From: Vitrella brassicaformis CCMP3155
Lineage: Eukaryota > Protista > Chromerida
Reading direction: 5' to 3'
NCBI GenBank assembly: GCA_001179505.1
Contig: CDMY01000391.1
Location: forward strand, 25,272-89,271
Length of the DNA stretch: 64,000 bases
Below, piece by piece: positions 1 through 11,269 of this stretch. The position numbers were made by a program, and so were the translations under genes. The notes under the pieces were generated by a model. That model was given only the letters and a program-made list of their open reading frames with translations. It made no database searches and was not told the origin of the DNA. The stretch's first letter is position 1; each line of letters starts with the position of its first letter.

Positions 1-722
1 GTTTTCTCATTGCCCACCCGCACTGCCGGGCTGAGCCCTTCTCTTCTCTCTCGGACAGCTGGACCGCACCAACAAGGTAAGGTACGCACAGCCGCCGACA
101 CGACACAACACGACACCCAACATGCCCGAGACACGTATGTCGGGGTGTGTGTGTGTTCCCGTGTGTTGGAATGGTCATGCAGACTCTGCGCGCATTGCCA
201 AGCCGACAGCCACCCGCGGAATTAAGCAGTCAGCGTCCGTCCGACGCCGCCAACAAGTCCGTCCGCGATCACTGATGCGCAAGGGAGAGGGGGGGACGGT
301 GCGCGCGTGGCGTCTGAGGTCGGTCTCTCTGTCGCTGAGCCGCTCCCCTGGTGAGTCTCGCGACCCCTCCATCCATCCATCCATCCATTCCGCAGCCGAC
401 CAACACCACACCCGCCACCCCGACCAACACAACACAAGACATCAACCAACCGATCTGGTGCCACTGGGCACCACCCCGTGACCTCTGCCAGCCATGCCGT
501 CCATCAGGGAGACTCACTGCGTGTGTGCCGTGTGTGGATGCTGTGCGCCGCGCCCTGCTTCTCCAATCTCACGCCCTCGTCTTCTTGTGCACATCCATGT
601 GTGTGTGTGTGTGTGTGTGTGCCTGTGTGTCAGGTCGCCGCTGAGTCGTCGGCGGTCGAGCTGTCAGTAACAGCCATCGCTGCATTGGTGTGTCCATTTT
701 TGGGGGCCGCTGCACGGGTCAG

Positions 723-1647
723 ATGATGGCGCCTCAGTCAGATACTCTGTTATCGTGTGATTGAGAGTGCAATCGCTCCTTGCAGTGGGTGCTGCCTTCG
801 TAAGCCTTCAAGCGGCTGGTGCGGCTGGGCAGCCTTCAAGCGACACGACGATGCCGGGGATGAGGAAGAGGACATTGACGCCATGTGGGAAGAGGCCAAG
901 AAGGACGACAGTGTGGCGCTCCCGCACCCTCCTGTGTCGCATCACCCTTACGTTGCCACGGCGCCGTACGGCCAGCCGCCACCGCCCCCCTACCCCGGCC
1001 TCTACGCGCACAACGGCTGGGCGCCTTCCTCCCTGGCCATGCCGCCGCATATGCCGCATACCGTCAGATACGCTGCCGGTGAGCGAAGGCATCCACGCTT
1101 ATAAGCATTGATGCCATGGCAGGCATCTATGTATTAGGGGTCATCGTGCAGATGAGTGGTCAGGAGCGGCAGCCCCTCTTCCGGACAGATATGTGCAAGT
1201 ACCACCTGCAGGGCTACTGCGGCCACGGGCAACATGTACAGCTACGACACATGGATGGATGGATGGATGGAAGCCGGTGTTGGCTATTGGGTGTTGGTTG
1301 TGGATGTGTGTGTGCAGTGTCGATTTGCCCACGTCGCCGACCAGCTCGTCAAGAGAGGGAGGGGCGGCAACAACCCGGGCAGTTCGAAGAAGGCCAAGAA
1401 GGAAAGACAGCGCAGGAACCGGTGAGTTCGATAACAAAGCTGCACCAAGGCAAACGTGTCCGTCAGTTGAATCGCTCGCGTCGTTCCAAATCTGGCCTCC
1501 TGTTGGTTCTGCAGGCGTGCACGAGGTGCACGAGATGCAGCGGCGGTGACCAATGACGGCGAGGTCGACGACGATGTGTGTGTGAGTGAATGCGATGAAG
1601 TGATGCCTTGTCTGGAAAGTGGGCAGTGGACGGTTGCCTGTGAGTAG
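723..1647 (+). CDS. Single CCCH zinc-finger protein, spliced
   Basis: Joining exons across the intron at GTACAG (~1236) gives FRTDMCKYHLQGYCGHGQH|CRFAH, a C-x7-C-x5-C-x3-H finger. Upstream is an acidic, Pro-rich exon (833-1078). The 5' model uses 31-nt and 33-nt introns and is tentative. Confidence 0.75.
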
Positions 1648-3233
1648 AGGTCAACATCTGAGTGCGCGTGAGAGACCACAAGTCTATCCATCCAGATGAA
1701 TGACACCAGTTTGTGTGGGCATGTGGTTAATACTGCGGGCTCGTGCGTAATGGCCCGCATCAGAATGGGCGTGTCAATCTGATTAGCGAATGACTGTACA
1801 GCTCATCTGCAGTGCACACCGCTGTCGATTCACTCACGCACTCGCTCACTGGCCAGTCGCCATGGTCTTCTTTCTGTGCCACACACACACAAGGGCCAAT
1901 TCACGCACTAGGGTACACCCACACACACACACACACACTCACACTCACACGCATTTCTCTCCGTCCACCAGCGAGTTGAATTCATCCGTCGAGAGGGCCA
2001 CGCAGGTCACGCAGCAAGAGCAAGACACACTGGTCAACACACACACACATAGGCAACGCATTCAGTCAGCCAGCCTTCAGATGCGCATGTGCACATCCGT
2101 GTAGGAGTGAGTGAGTGCACTGACCTGCACTTGGCTGCCTGTCTGTAGCGAACCACCGGCACACACAGCAACAGAGTGATGGTAAGGGGAGGAGGCAACA
2201 GGCGGATAGACAGACAGAGAGACCGACAGACAGAGAGAGACCGCTGCTGCTCGCCGTGTGGGTGTCCTGTCCGTCTGCAAGACAGACGTCGACACGCACA
2301 GTGCGACACAGACAACAACGCCGAACACCGGCCAGTTCGGCGTGTGTGTAGGTACGTATGTCGAACGAAGGCCACCCACCCCTCGCCTCGGGCGTGTCAC
2401 TGTAGTAGACAGCCAAGCAAGTAGGCAGAGTGAAAACATCATGAGAACGCCGTTTCAGTTGTCTTGCGGCCCCCTCCTTGTCCGCCCGCCCCAGTGGATC
2501 GATCAATCCCACAACAAATGGATGGTTTCTCAGTCCGCCCACAGCCCCACTGAACCGACAGACCAACAACCCACACAGATCGACAGACAGACAGACGGCC
2601 ACGTGCAGCTCGGTGGCCGCACTGCCGTCTGTCTCTCCGTCCTGCCCGCCTGCCTGCGCTCACCAGCCACCCAGCCGCCCGGCCAGCAGCCACAAATGGA
2701 CAAAACGCCACCGAGCGACCGGATCGCGAGAGGGAATGCTCTCGGCATCGTGGGTGTGTGTATGTATGCATCTGGATGATGATATAAGGGCAATAAACAC
2801 CGCTGAGGAAATCAAGAGAAATGACAGTAAGGAACACACACACACACAGAGAGAGAGAGAGAGGTGTTAGCTAGGTTGAAAAGGGGGAATGCAGCCGAGT
2901 GAGGGAGTGAGCAGCGATGCTGGATGCTGTCACCCCTTCTGTGCTGGCAGAGAGGCTAGGGGAGGAGCTAGACACGCACACCACACCACACCACACCACA
3001 CACCACCCAGGTATACCATTGAAAGACACAAATACAGCCCCACCACTCACATGCACACATACATAGTTAGTTACAGGCGATAACCCCCAGGGATAAATAG
3101 ACCGACCGGCTCTCAACAAATTTCGCCCCTCTCCGCCCCGCCCCCTCTCGCCATGATGCCCCACTGCTGCCCCCACAGGCATACTCAGGCCGGACACACA
3201 TCATAACATCATATCACAACACAGCACAAGACA

Positions 3234-3266
<33 letters not shown>

Positions 3267-3840
3267 TGTGTGCAGCCACACATGGGGAGACAGCGAGGCA
3301 GGGAGGCAGTACCGACAGCATAGCCCGCCTACCTACCTACCATGGTGAGTGAGTAGGACCGAAAAAAGGCACCCCATCCATCCCACATGACATCCCATGA
3401 CATCGCTCCTCAAAATCAGTGCCATCCATCCATCATGGAGAGGGAGGAATCACCATGCAAGCAAGCTGCCCCCATGTAATGTAAGTGTGTCTCCTTCCCC
3501 GTGTCAGTTAGTCCCTCTCCCCCCCCCCCTCTCTCTCCGGTTGTCTCCTGAAGGGGAGTGACTGCACCCATTATCCGTCCATTTAGGCAGGCAGGCAGGC
3601 AGGCAGGCCATGCACACAAAGGAAAAAACACCAGGCAGAGCAGGGCAGCTCGCATCATTCTACTGTAAACCATCCATCCATCCATCGCCACACCAACCAG
3701 CCGGGCAGCCAGCCAGGCAGGCAGGCAGGCAGCCAGGCAGGCATCAGCTCCACTACCCTCACTCACTCACCCACAACGAACGACGCCCATGCAGGCGTGC
3801 GTGCCAAAAAGGGGCAACATTGTTCCCATCCCTCCCCCCC

Positions 3841-4140
3841 NNNNNNNNNNNNNNNNNNNNNNNNNNNNNNNNNNNNNNNNNNNNNNNNNNNNNNNNNNNN
3901 NNNNNNNNNNNNNNNNNNNNNNNNNNNNNNNNNNNNNNNNNNNNNNNNNNNNNNNNNNNNNNNNNNNNNNNNNNNNNNNNNNNNNNNNNNNNNNNNNNNN
4001 NNNNNNNNNNNNNNNNNNNNNNNNNNNNNNNNNNNNNNNNNNNNNNNNNNNNNNNNNNNNNNNNNNNNNNNNNNNNNNNNNNNNNNNNNNNNNNNNNNNN
4101 NNNNNNNNNNNNNNNNNNNNNNNNNNNNNNNNNNNNNNNN
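3841..4140. other. Assembly gap (300 N)
   Basis: Run of N preceded by a poly-C tract. Confidence 1.
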
Positions 4141-5017
4141 GCCCCTCCCTCTTGTGTGTGTGATGGGTGGGATGCACAGTGAATGATGCGTGCGTCCGGG
4201 TGTGGAGTGGATGGCAAAATTCACTTGGTGGAAATGTCCGTCCCGTCCGTGAGAAGACTTGATCCACTCAGAACGAGCGGGCGAGCGAGGTGGGAGCACT
4301 AGACTAGACATGACAGACAGACAGACAGACAGACATTATGGCCGTTCTTGCTCGCTCCCTAGCTAGCTGGTTAGCTGGTTGGCTGGCTGGCTGACTGGCT
4401 GCATGCAGCACGCGTCGTACGTGTGCATGCAATTGTCAGGAACAAACAAAAAAACAAGCAAACAAGAGGCGGCCAGGGTCAGGTCAACTGAACAAACGAA
4501 AAGGCAGCAGCCGACCAGGCAGGCAGGCAGGCAGGCAGGCAGATGTGTGAGTGTTATGTACAACAGGTCCCTCCCACCCCCTTCCACGTGCGTGCGGATG
4601 AAGTGTAATTATGTGGTGTACACATAGCCCCCTCCCGCTCCCTCTCTCTCTCCCTCCCTCTCTCCTTCCCAAGACACACACGCGCATAAGGTGGACTGAC
4701 TGACCCCCAAGGCACACACGACAGGCGCATAAACAGACTCACTCACTCACTCACTCACCGACACATCATCATCAGCAACCAACAAATCATGCAGTCACTC
4801 TGCCCTGCCCACCCTCCCTTTCCCTCCCTGACCGCCCCATTTCACTCATTCATTCATTCATGTCATGTAGCGGGCCTAAGTGAGACAAGCAACCGTCCTA
4901 CCCCTAGACCCATCACTCCCTTGTCCCCACCCTCCCTCTCCTCTGTCGGCCATCAGCATCCGTATGCACCTACATGACGACCGCGACCGCCCGCCGTTGA
5001 CCTCCGCCCTGGATGGC

Positions 5018-6755
5018 TCATTCTTCATACTGCTCCGGCTCCGCCTGCCGCAGCACTGCACCACCACACACACACGCACACACACACAGAGGCACAACGA
5101 CCATCTATCCAGTGTGTTCGTTGCCCCTCTCTGTCTGTGTCTATGTGCTCTCCCTCCCTCCCTCCCTCCCTCGCTCCCGCTCCCACCCTGCTCATTGCAG
5201 TTGACGGCCATCTGTGACGCCAGCGGGCCAGGAACCTGGCCTGAGCCATCCACACCTCCACTCGGCTGCTGACTCTGCTGCTGAGTCTGCCGCTGCCGCT
5301 GCTGCTGCTGCTGCAAAGCCACACCGCCCCCCACACCAGATCCACCACACCCGGCAGCCATCCCGACAGCCTGCGGCAGCTGCTGCGGCTTGACGCTGCC
5401 CAGGAGAGCCAGCACAAAGACATTGGCGCCCGGGTCGCTGCTGGTCACAAACGGCACGTTGCCCTGGTGGTGCACGACGGGCGACAGGGGGGCGGGGGCG
5501 GGGGCGAGCATCTGTGGGTGTGCCGCTGTGTGCATCGTCTGCATGACGGGCGACTCACTCTCGACTGCGTAGCTGGTGAGATTGCCATTGGGCAGCGGGA
5601 AGGTGACGGACCGGTCGTAAATGGGCTTGTGTGACGGTGGGGGTGGGGGTGGCGGTGGGGGTGAAGAGACGTGCGTGTCGCCTCGATCTGAGGCGCCGAC
5701 GCTGGGGGCAGAGGTGCTGCTGTTGTCGGTGCTGTCGGTGCGACGGTCGGGGGGCGACGGCGGGATGAGTGGAGGCATCTCGCGCTTCAGCGCTTCGTGG
5801 TCCTCACTGATTGATGGAGATTGACGACACACAATGCGGCACTTGTGTGTGTGTGGGATGCGGTTGCTCGCTCACCTTTCTGAGTGTCGCCATCGGCAGC
5901 TGCATCAACCAAACAGCACCGCACCCACAGAAAGACAGACACAAACAGAGCCATATACGGTGTTGTGTGCTGTCAGTCTGTCTGTCTGTCAGGCTCTCCT
6001 CATCTGTCTGTGTACTTGGGGTTCTCGCAGTGTCCGCTGAGCCACTCTCGGCAGGGGACGGTGCGGTCGAAGATGGGCGTGGCCCGCAACTCGCTTTTGC
6101 TGTGCGCAAACTCACATTGGGGGTTGGTGCAGGCGCCCCACTGACATGTCAGACACCACACATACAGAGAGAGAGAGAGAGGCGGCAGCATGAGTTCAGT
6201 GTCGGTGTGTTTGCTGCCTGCCTGCCTGCCTGACTGGCTGGCTGGCTGGCTGGCTGACCCTGGTGAGTGCGGGGCAGATGGATGTGCATCGCAGGGAGGG
6301 CCGCTGACGCAACTCGTGGATGCCCTGACAACCGCACAAACAAATGGTGTGTGTCGCATCCCGTGTGTGTGGTGGCTGGCCGCTCCCTCGCTCGTTCACT
6401 CACGTGTGCGAATCTGCAGTTGGGGAAGTCGCACCGTCCCTGCTCATACCACCGACACAACCTGATGGATGGATGGATGGATGGTGGACAGACAGACAGG
6501 CACGACACACATGAACGAGGCAAGACAGACAGACAGTGAGTCGCTGTTTGTCCACGTGACGTGCGTGTCTGTCGTGCAGTTAGTTCTTCTCTGACCGGGT
6601 CTTCCTGAACTGCTCGTGGTACATCTGACACACACACACACACGACAGCGGGACAAGCAAATGGACATGCGTGCTGCTCTTCAATTTGGTGCTGGTTGTG
6701 TGCTTGCCTGGTCAAAGTCCCGTCTGAAGCTGCGCCGCGTCATCTTGTTGTCCAT
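5018..6755 (-). CDS. Triple CCCH zinc-finger protein with a long low-complexity C-terminus
   Basis: Spliced model: MDNKMTRRSFRRDFDQ|MYHEQFRKTR|LCRWYEQGRCDFPNCRFAH|GIHELRQRPSLRCTSICPALTR|WGACTNPQCEFAHSKSELRATPIFDRTVPCREWLSGHCENPN|CRWRH. All phases are consistent. The first intron has a GC donor (6707). Confidence 0.85.
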
Positions 6756-7114
6756 AGACTAACAGCACTCACTCAGCTCAGTCACTCAGCGACTCAGTCA
6801 CCAGCACCAACAGACTCAGAGTAGAGAGAAAAGAGTGTCAGCAGCCCCAACTCGCTCTCACTCAGCCCGAGCGGCGGGCAGGACGGAAGCCAAGCCACAA
6901 CCAAGAGGCCGATGATGATGTGACGCCAACAATTGCAGTCGACCGTCGCTGTTCCTCCGGTGAGTGAGAAGGCGACAGATTGTGTGTGAAGGGCGCGGGA
7001 AGCTGTCAAGGACGAGGGAATCTGCCCTGATCTGAAGGAGTTGCGCATATCTCATAAATCTTGAAGCTCGCATTTTTCTGCGACTTTAGCTCGCAGATCT
7101 GATGCATCTGAGCC

Positions 7115-8038
7115 ATGGGCGTTCAACTCAGCGCCCCTCTGTGCCCCTGTGCGAAGCGAAGTGGCAAACAGCGGAACCGTGAAGACGAAAGCTTCATTTG
7201 CAGCTGCTTCCTGGTGCAGGCGGATCGGTCACGAAATGACTCATCCATCCGCTCATTCGTTCATCCCGGCGGCTTCCTGTGTGTGTGTGTGTCCTCTCTC
7301 TCAGACGCATGGCTACTTCCTCAAGGCCCGGTGTGTGCACATCGACTGTCCGGACGACTCCTCATGGCGAGATCTCGAGCCCGTCGTCAGGGAGGAGCTC
7401 GAGAGGCAGCGGCAGCACCGCATCGATTGCATCGCCCAGGCCCCTGGCCGCATCCACAGAATCAGAGAGCGGTATCGGCCGAGGGACGCCGAGCTGTTCG
7501 ACTGGTCCGACGGCCGGTGGCTGCACGAGGCCTGCATCGATGTGCTGTCTAGGAGTGGCTGGGAGGCTAAGGGGAGAGGGAGGGCGGTGGTCGAGCAGCA
7601 TAGAGGCGGGCGGTTCCCCGTCGTGTCGATGCCGGTCTTCAGGTAGGCACACGGTGAGTAAGTGAGTGAGGTGCCGGTGTGTCGTGTGTCCTTGGTTGCC
7701 TCACTCAGCGATGAGTTTCTCCGGCGATTTGCCGATGAGCTGACATACTTCCGCTCGCTTGGGCTGCACACGACCAAGTGAGCAAAGCAGAGCAGAGGAC
7801 GGCTGGATGAGGTCCAGGCAGACAATCCGTCTGTGTCTGTCTGTGTGTGTGTGTGTGTGCCTGTAGGCCGAACTCGATGAATGACGGTGGCGTGCTGATG
7901 CGTGAGATGGGCATGGACGCCTTCTTTGATGGGCTGCTGGCTGACGTCCTCACTCCCACAGCCCACCGGCTGCACCTGCTGCCGCCAGACGCCACGCTCG
8001 ACTCCCACAAGACATTTACCGTCGTCTATCAGCACCCA
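7115..8038 (+). CDS. OGFOD2: OGFOD2-like 2-oxoglutarate/Fe(II) oxygenase, 5' part, running into a gap
   Basis: N-terminal FICSCFL|THGYFLKARCVHI resembles the OGFOD2 FCRCACF...LHV segment. Also has the KPNSMNDGGV and LDSHKTFTVVY motifs typical of this family. Confidence 0.75.
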
Positions 8039-8338
8039 NNNNNNNNNNNNNNNNNNNNNNNNNNNNNNNNNNNNNNNNNNNNNNNNNNNNNNNNNNNNNN
8101 NNNNNNNNNNNNNNNNNNNNNNNNNNNNNNNNNNNNNNNNNNNNNNNNNNNNNNNNNNNNNNNNNNNNNNNNNNNNNNNNNNNNNNNNNNNNNNNNNNNN
8201 NNNNNNNNNNNNNNNNNNNNNNNNNNNNNNNNNNNNNNNNNNNNNNNNNNNNNNNNNNNNNNNNNNNNNNNNNNNNNNNNNNNNNNNNNNNNNNNNNNNN
8301 NNNNNNNNNNNNNNNNNNNNNNNNNNNNNNNNNNNNNN
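8039..8338. other. Assembly gap (300 N)
   Basis: Run of N; truncates OGFOD2 copy 1. Confidence 1.
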
Positions 8339-9083
8339 CTGTGTGTGGCGAGGAAGACAGCAGTAAGAGGGTGACAGTGATCGGCACACTTGAGTGAGAG
8401 AATGAGCCGGGAGGGAGGGAGGCAGGGAGGCAGGGGTGTTGATAGGGGTGCGTGAGTGTGGGAGGGGAGGGAAGACACACATAGTATTTATAGTGTGGTG
8501 TGGTGTGGTTCGCTGGCTGACATTTTGCCACAGTGTGGTGTTTCTGAAAGGCTAACTAAGTCGAGGCGTGGAGAGGCCCCACTCACTCATTCATTGATCT
8601 GTGCCAGCCAATATAATGTGGTCGATCGTTTGGAGCGCTTGATGGAAAAGACAAAGGAAACGGTCCATCAATCCGTGAAATGAGTGCAACGCTGCAGCCA
8701 GGCCATGGACGTGACGTGCGCGGCCAACACCACCCTCGACAGACAGACAGACAGACAGCCGATGGGATCACACAAACCACATAATTACAAACAAAATGAC
8801 CATAATTGAAACTCTGTGTGTCCCCCCCTTGTGTGTGCCAACCCCTCTGTGTCCGTCCGTGTGTCTGTGTGTATCCCGCCTGTCTGAAAGAAATGGTGCT
8901 ACTCGGCTATCTAATGCTGCCGGGGTGTGCCGGGGTGCGGTGCGGTGTGTGGGCTGCGTTGCATGGCAAGGGATGGGAGACAAGGGACACACCACACAAC
9001 ACAACACGTACACACACACGTCACCCACGTCACACACATCTTTCGTCGTGTCGCGCGTACCAGCCTGCTCATTCGAGCTCGTA

Positions 9084-9972
9084 TCAGTCTGTGAACTTCA
9101 TTTTCGCCCCTGTCTGGCAGCAGCACTTTAGTCGGGCATCTCCTTGTGTTTCATAGTCCGTGCCGACCTACAGGCACACAGGCAGGCAGGCAGGCATGAA
9201 AACACACAAACAACGCTGACTGGACTGACGATGTTCTTTGTCTGCATGGCATGCATGATCCCTCCCTTACGTACGATGAATGCGTAGAGCTTCTCCTTGA
9301 AGAAGACCTCTGTGGCGTCGAACAAGCATTTCTTTTTTTGCTCGAGGCAGGTGACCTCTATCAGCCGGCCAGAACCCTCCCGCGCGCGCGACACAGCCTT
9401 GGCCACCTCCATCGGCTCCTAAACCCAGTAATACCCACGACATCACACACCACACATTCATCTATCGGCTGTTGTTTCGCAACGAGATGGTGCTGCACCC
9501 ACCAGGTAGCATTTCCTCAGCTCCCTGGAAACACACACGATGGACACAGACACATACCAGGAGGGATCCATCCATCCATCCATCCATCCATCCATCCATC
9601 CATCCATTTTCCTCACCGGCTGGGCGCCTGTGGTGTCTGCGGCGTGTGTGTGAGAGTGCGTCGTGGGGCGAGGGTGGAGGGCGGTTGGGGTGCGGTCCCG
9701 ACGGCGAATTCTCCGCCGAGGGCGCAGTCCTCCCTCTCGCAGGCGTCTGCATCTGCATCTGCACATCCATCCATCCATTCCGCCACACACATGGAGGGGA
9801 TCCGTCCATCGCATCTCACCCCACCCCATCAATATATGGCCACTGGCGTCTGGGACTTACCGAGGCCGTGGAGGCCGTGTTGGGTGTGGATCTCTTCGCC
9901 CGCCGCCAATGGGCCGCAGAGGGCAATGAGCGCAAACAGCAACGCCAACATCGCAGATCTGCCCGCCATCAT
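9084..9972 (-). CDS. Small predicted secreted protein of unknown function
   Basis: Signal-peptide-like start MMAGRSAMLALLFALIALCGPLAA. Five exons with consistent phases end ...ELRKCYL|EPMEVAKAV...KLYAFI|VGTDYETQGDARLKCCCQTGAKMKFTD*. Confidence 0.6.
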
Positions 9973-10266
9973 TTTCTCGCTACGGTATTCTCGACGTTCG
10001 ATCGGCCAGGAGGTTGTTGTAAACAGCGATGACCAGACCTTCAGCCAAGCATGGTTTGCTTTGGACCAGACTGGCTCGGGAGGCCAGCAGCGCTCCCACA
10101 GCACTAGCTGTGCTCGGAAGTGCAGTGCATCCGGCCGCGGGCGACAGTACAGTGTGAGTGCGCGTTGTGGTGCAGAGGACGGCTGGGTGAGGTCGAGGCA
10201 GTCTGAGACAATCGGTCTGTGTCTGTGTGTCTGTGTGTCTGTCTGTCTGTCTGTGAGTGCCTGTAG

Positions 10267-10969
10267 GCCGAACTCGATGAATGACGGTGGCGTGCTTAAG
10301 CGTGAGATGGGCATGGACGCCTTCTTCGGTCGGCTGCTGAGTGACGTCCTCACTCCCACAGCCCACCGGCTGCACCTGCTGCCGCCAGACGCCACGCTCG
10401 ACTCCCACAAGACATTTACCGTCGTCTATCAGCACCCAATGGTTGGTATGTGTTTGTGTGCGTGTGTATGCCCATCTGTCTGTCTCTCTACTTACTGTGG
10501 ATATATGTCCGGTTTGGCTCACACCGTGTGTGTGCCTGTGTCATCTGTGTCATTCAGGGCGACGTTGACCTGGCGCCCCGCTTCGACAACGCAGTGAGTG
10601 AGTGGGGAGGAAGAGAGACGGTCACCATTCATTGAATGCATTGCTATGCTATGGGATGCCATTCGCCGGATGGTTTGGTTGTTGTCCGCTCTCTCTGTTT
10701 GCCGCCAGGAGGTGACACTCAACGTCAACATTGCCGGCGAGTTCACAGGGGGCGACTTGACCTTTCTCGGGCCTGACGAGGCGCTCGTGCCTGTGGGGCC
10801 ATCTGAGAGAGAGGGCGACAGGCGCGCTGTGACGGTGGCACAGCGGCCGGGCATTGGGGTCGTCCACTCGGGATACGAGCGGCACCAGGCGAGTTGGGAC
10901 GCCCCTCTCCCAGCCGTGCTGTGTGTACTGTGTGTGTCTGGATGGATGGATTGATGGTCAGGCTCAGAA
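10267..10969 (+). pseudogene. Partial 3' duplicate of the OGFOD2-like gene, with catalytic His changed to Arg
   Basis: Near-identical to 7787-8038 from ~10173 onward, with no upstream exons. Continues GDVDLAPRFDNA|EVTLNVNIAGEFTGGDLTF...GVVHSGYERHQ, so the HxD motif reads RFD. Confidence 0.55.
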
Positions 10970-11269
10970 NNNNNNNNNNNNNNNNNNNNNNNNNNNNNNN
11001 NNNNNNNNNNNNNNNNNNNNNNNNNNNNNNNNNNNNNNNNNNNNNNNNNNNNNNNNNNNNNNNNNNNNNNNNNNNNNNNNNNNNNNNNNNNNNNNNNNNN
11101 NNNNNNNNNNNNNNNNNNNNNNNNNNNNNNNNNNNNNNNNNNNNNNNNNNNNNNNNNNNNNNNNNNNNNNNNNNNNNNNNNNNNNNNNNNNNNNNNNNNN
11201 NNNNNNNNNNNNNNNNNNNNNNNNNNNNNNNNNNNNNNNNNNNNNNNNNNNNNNNNNNNNNNNNNNNNN
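10970..11269. other. Assembly gap (300 N)
   Basis: Run of N. Confidence 1.

Noticed and set aside
2349-2549. Minus-strand exon-like frame ending GWPSFDI, reminiscent of MsrB
   Set aside because: No other MsrB motifs and no linkable exons; left unannotated.
3610-4311. ORFs spanning N gaps (also at 8.0, 11.0 and 43.8 kb)
   Set aside because: Artefacts of translating Ns.
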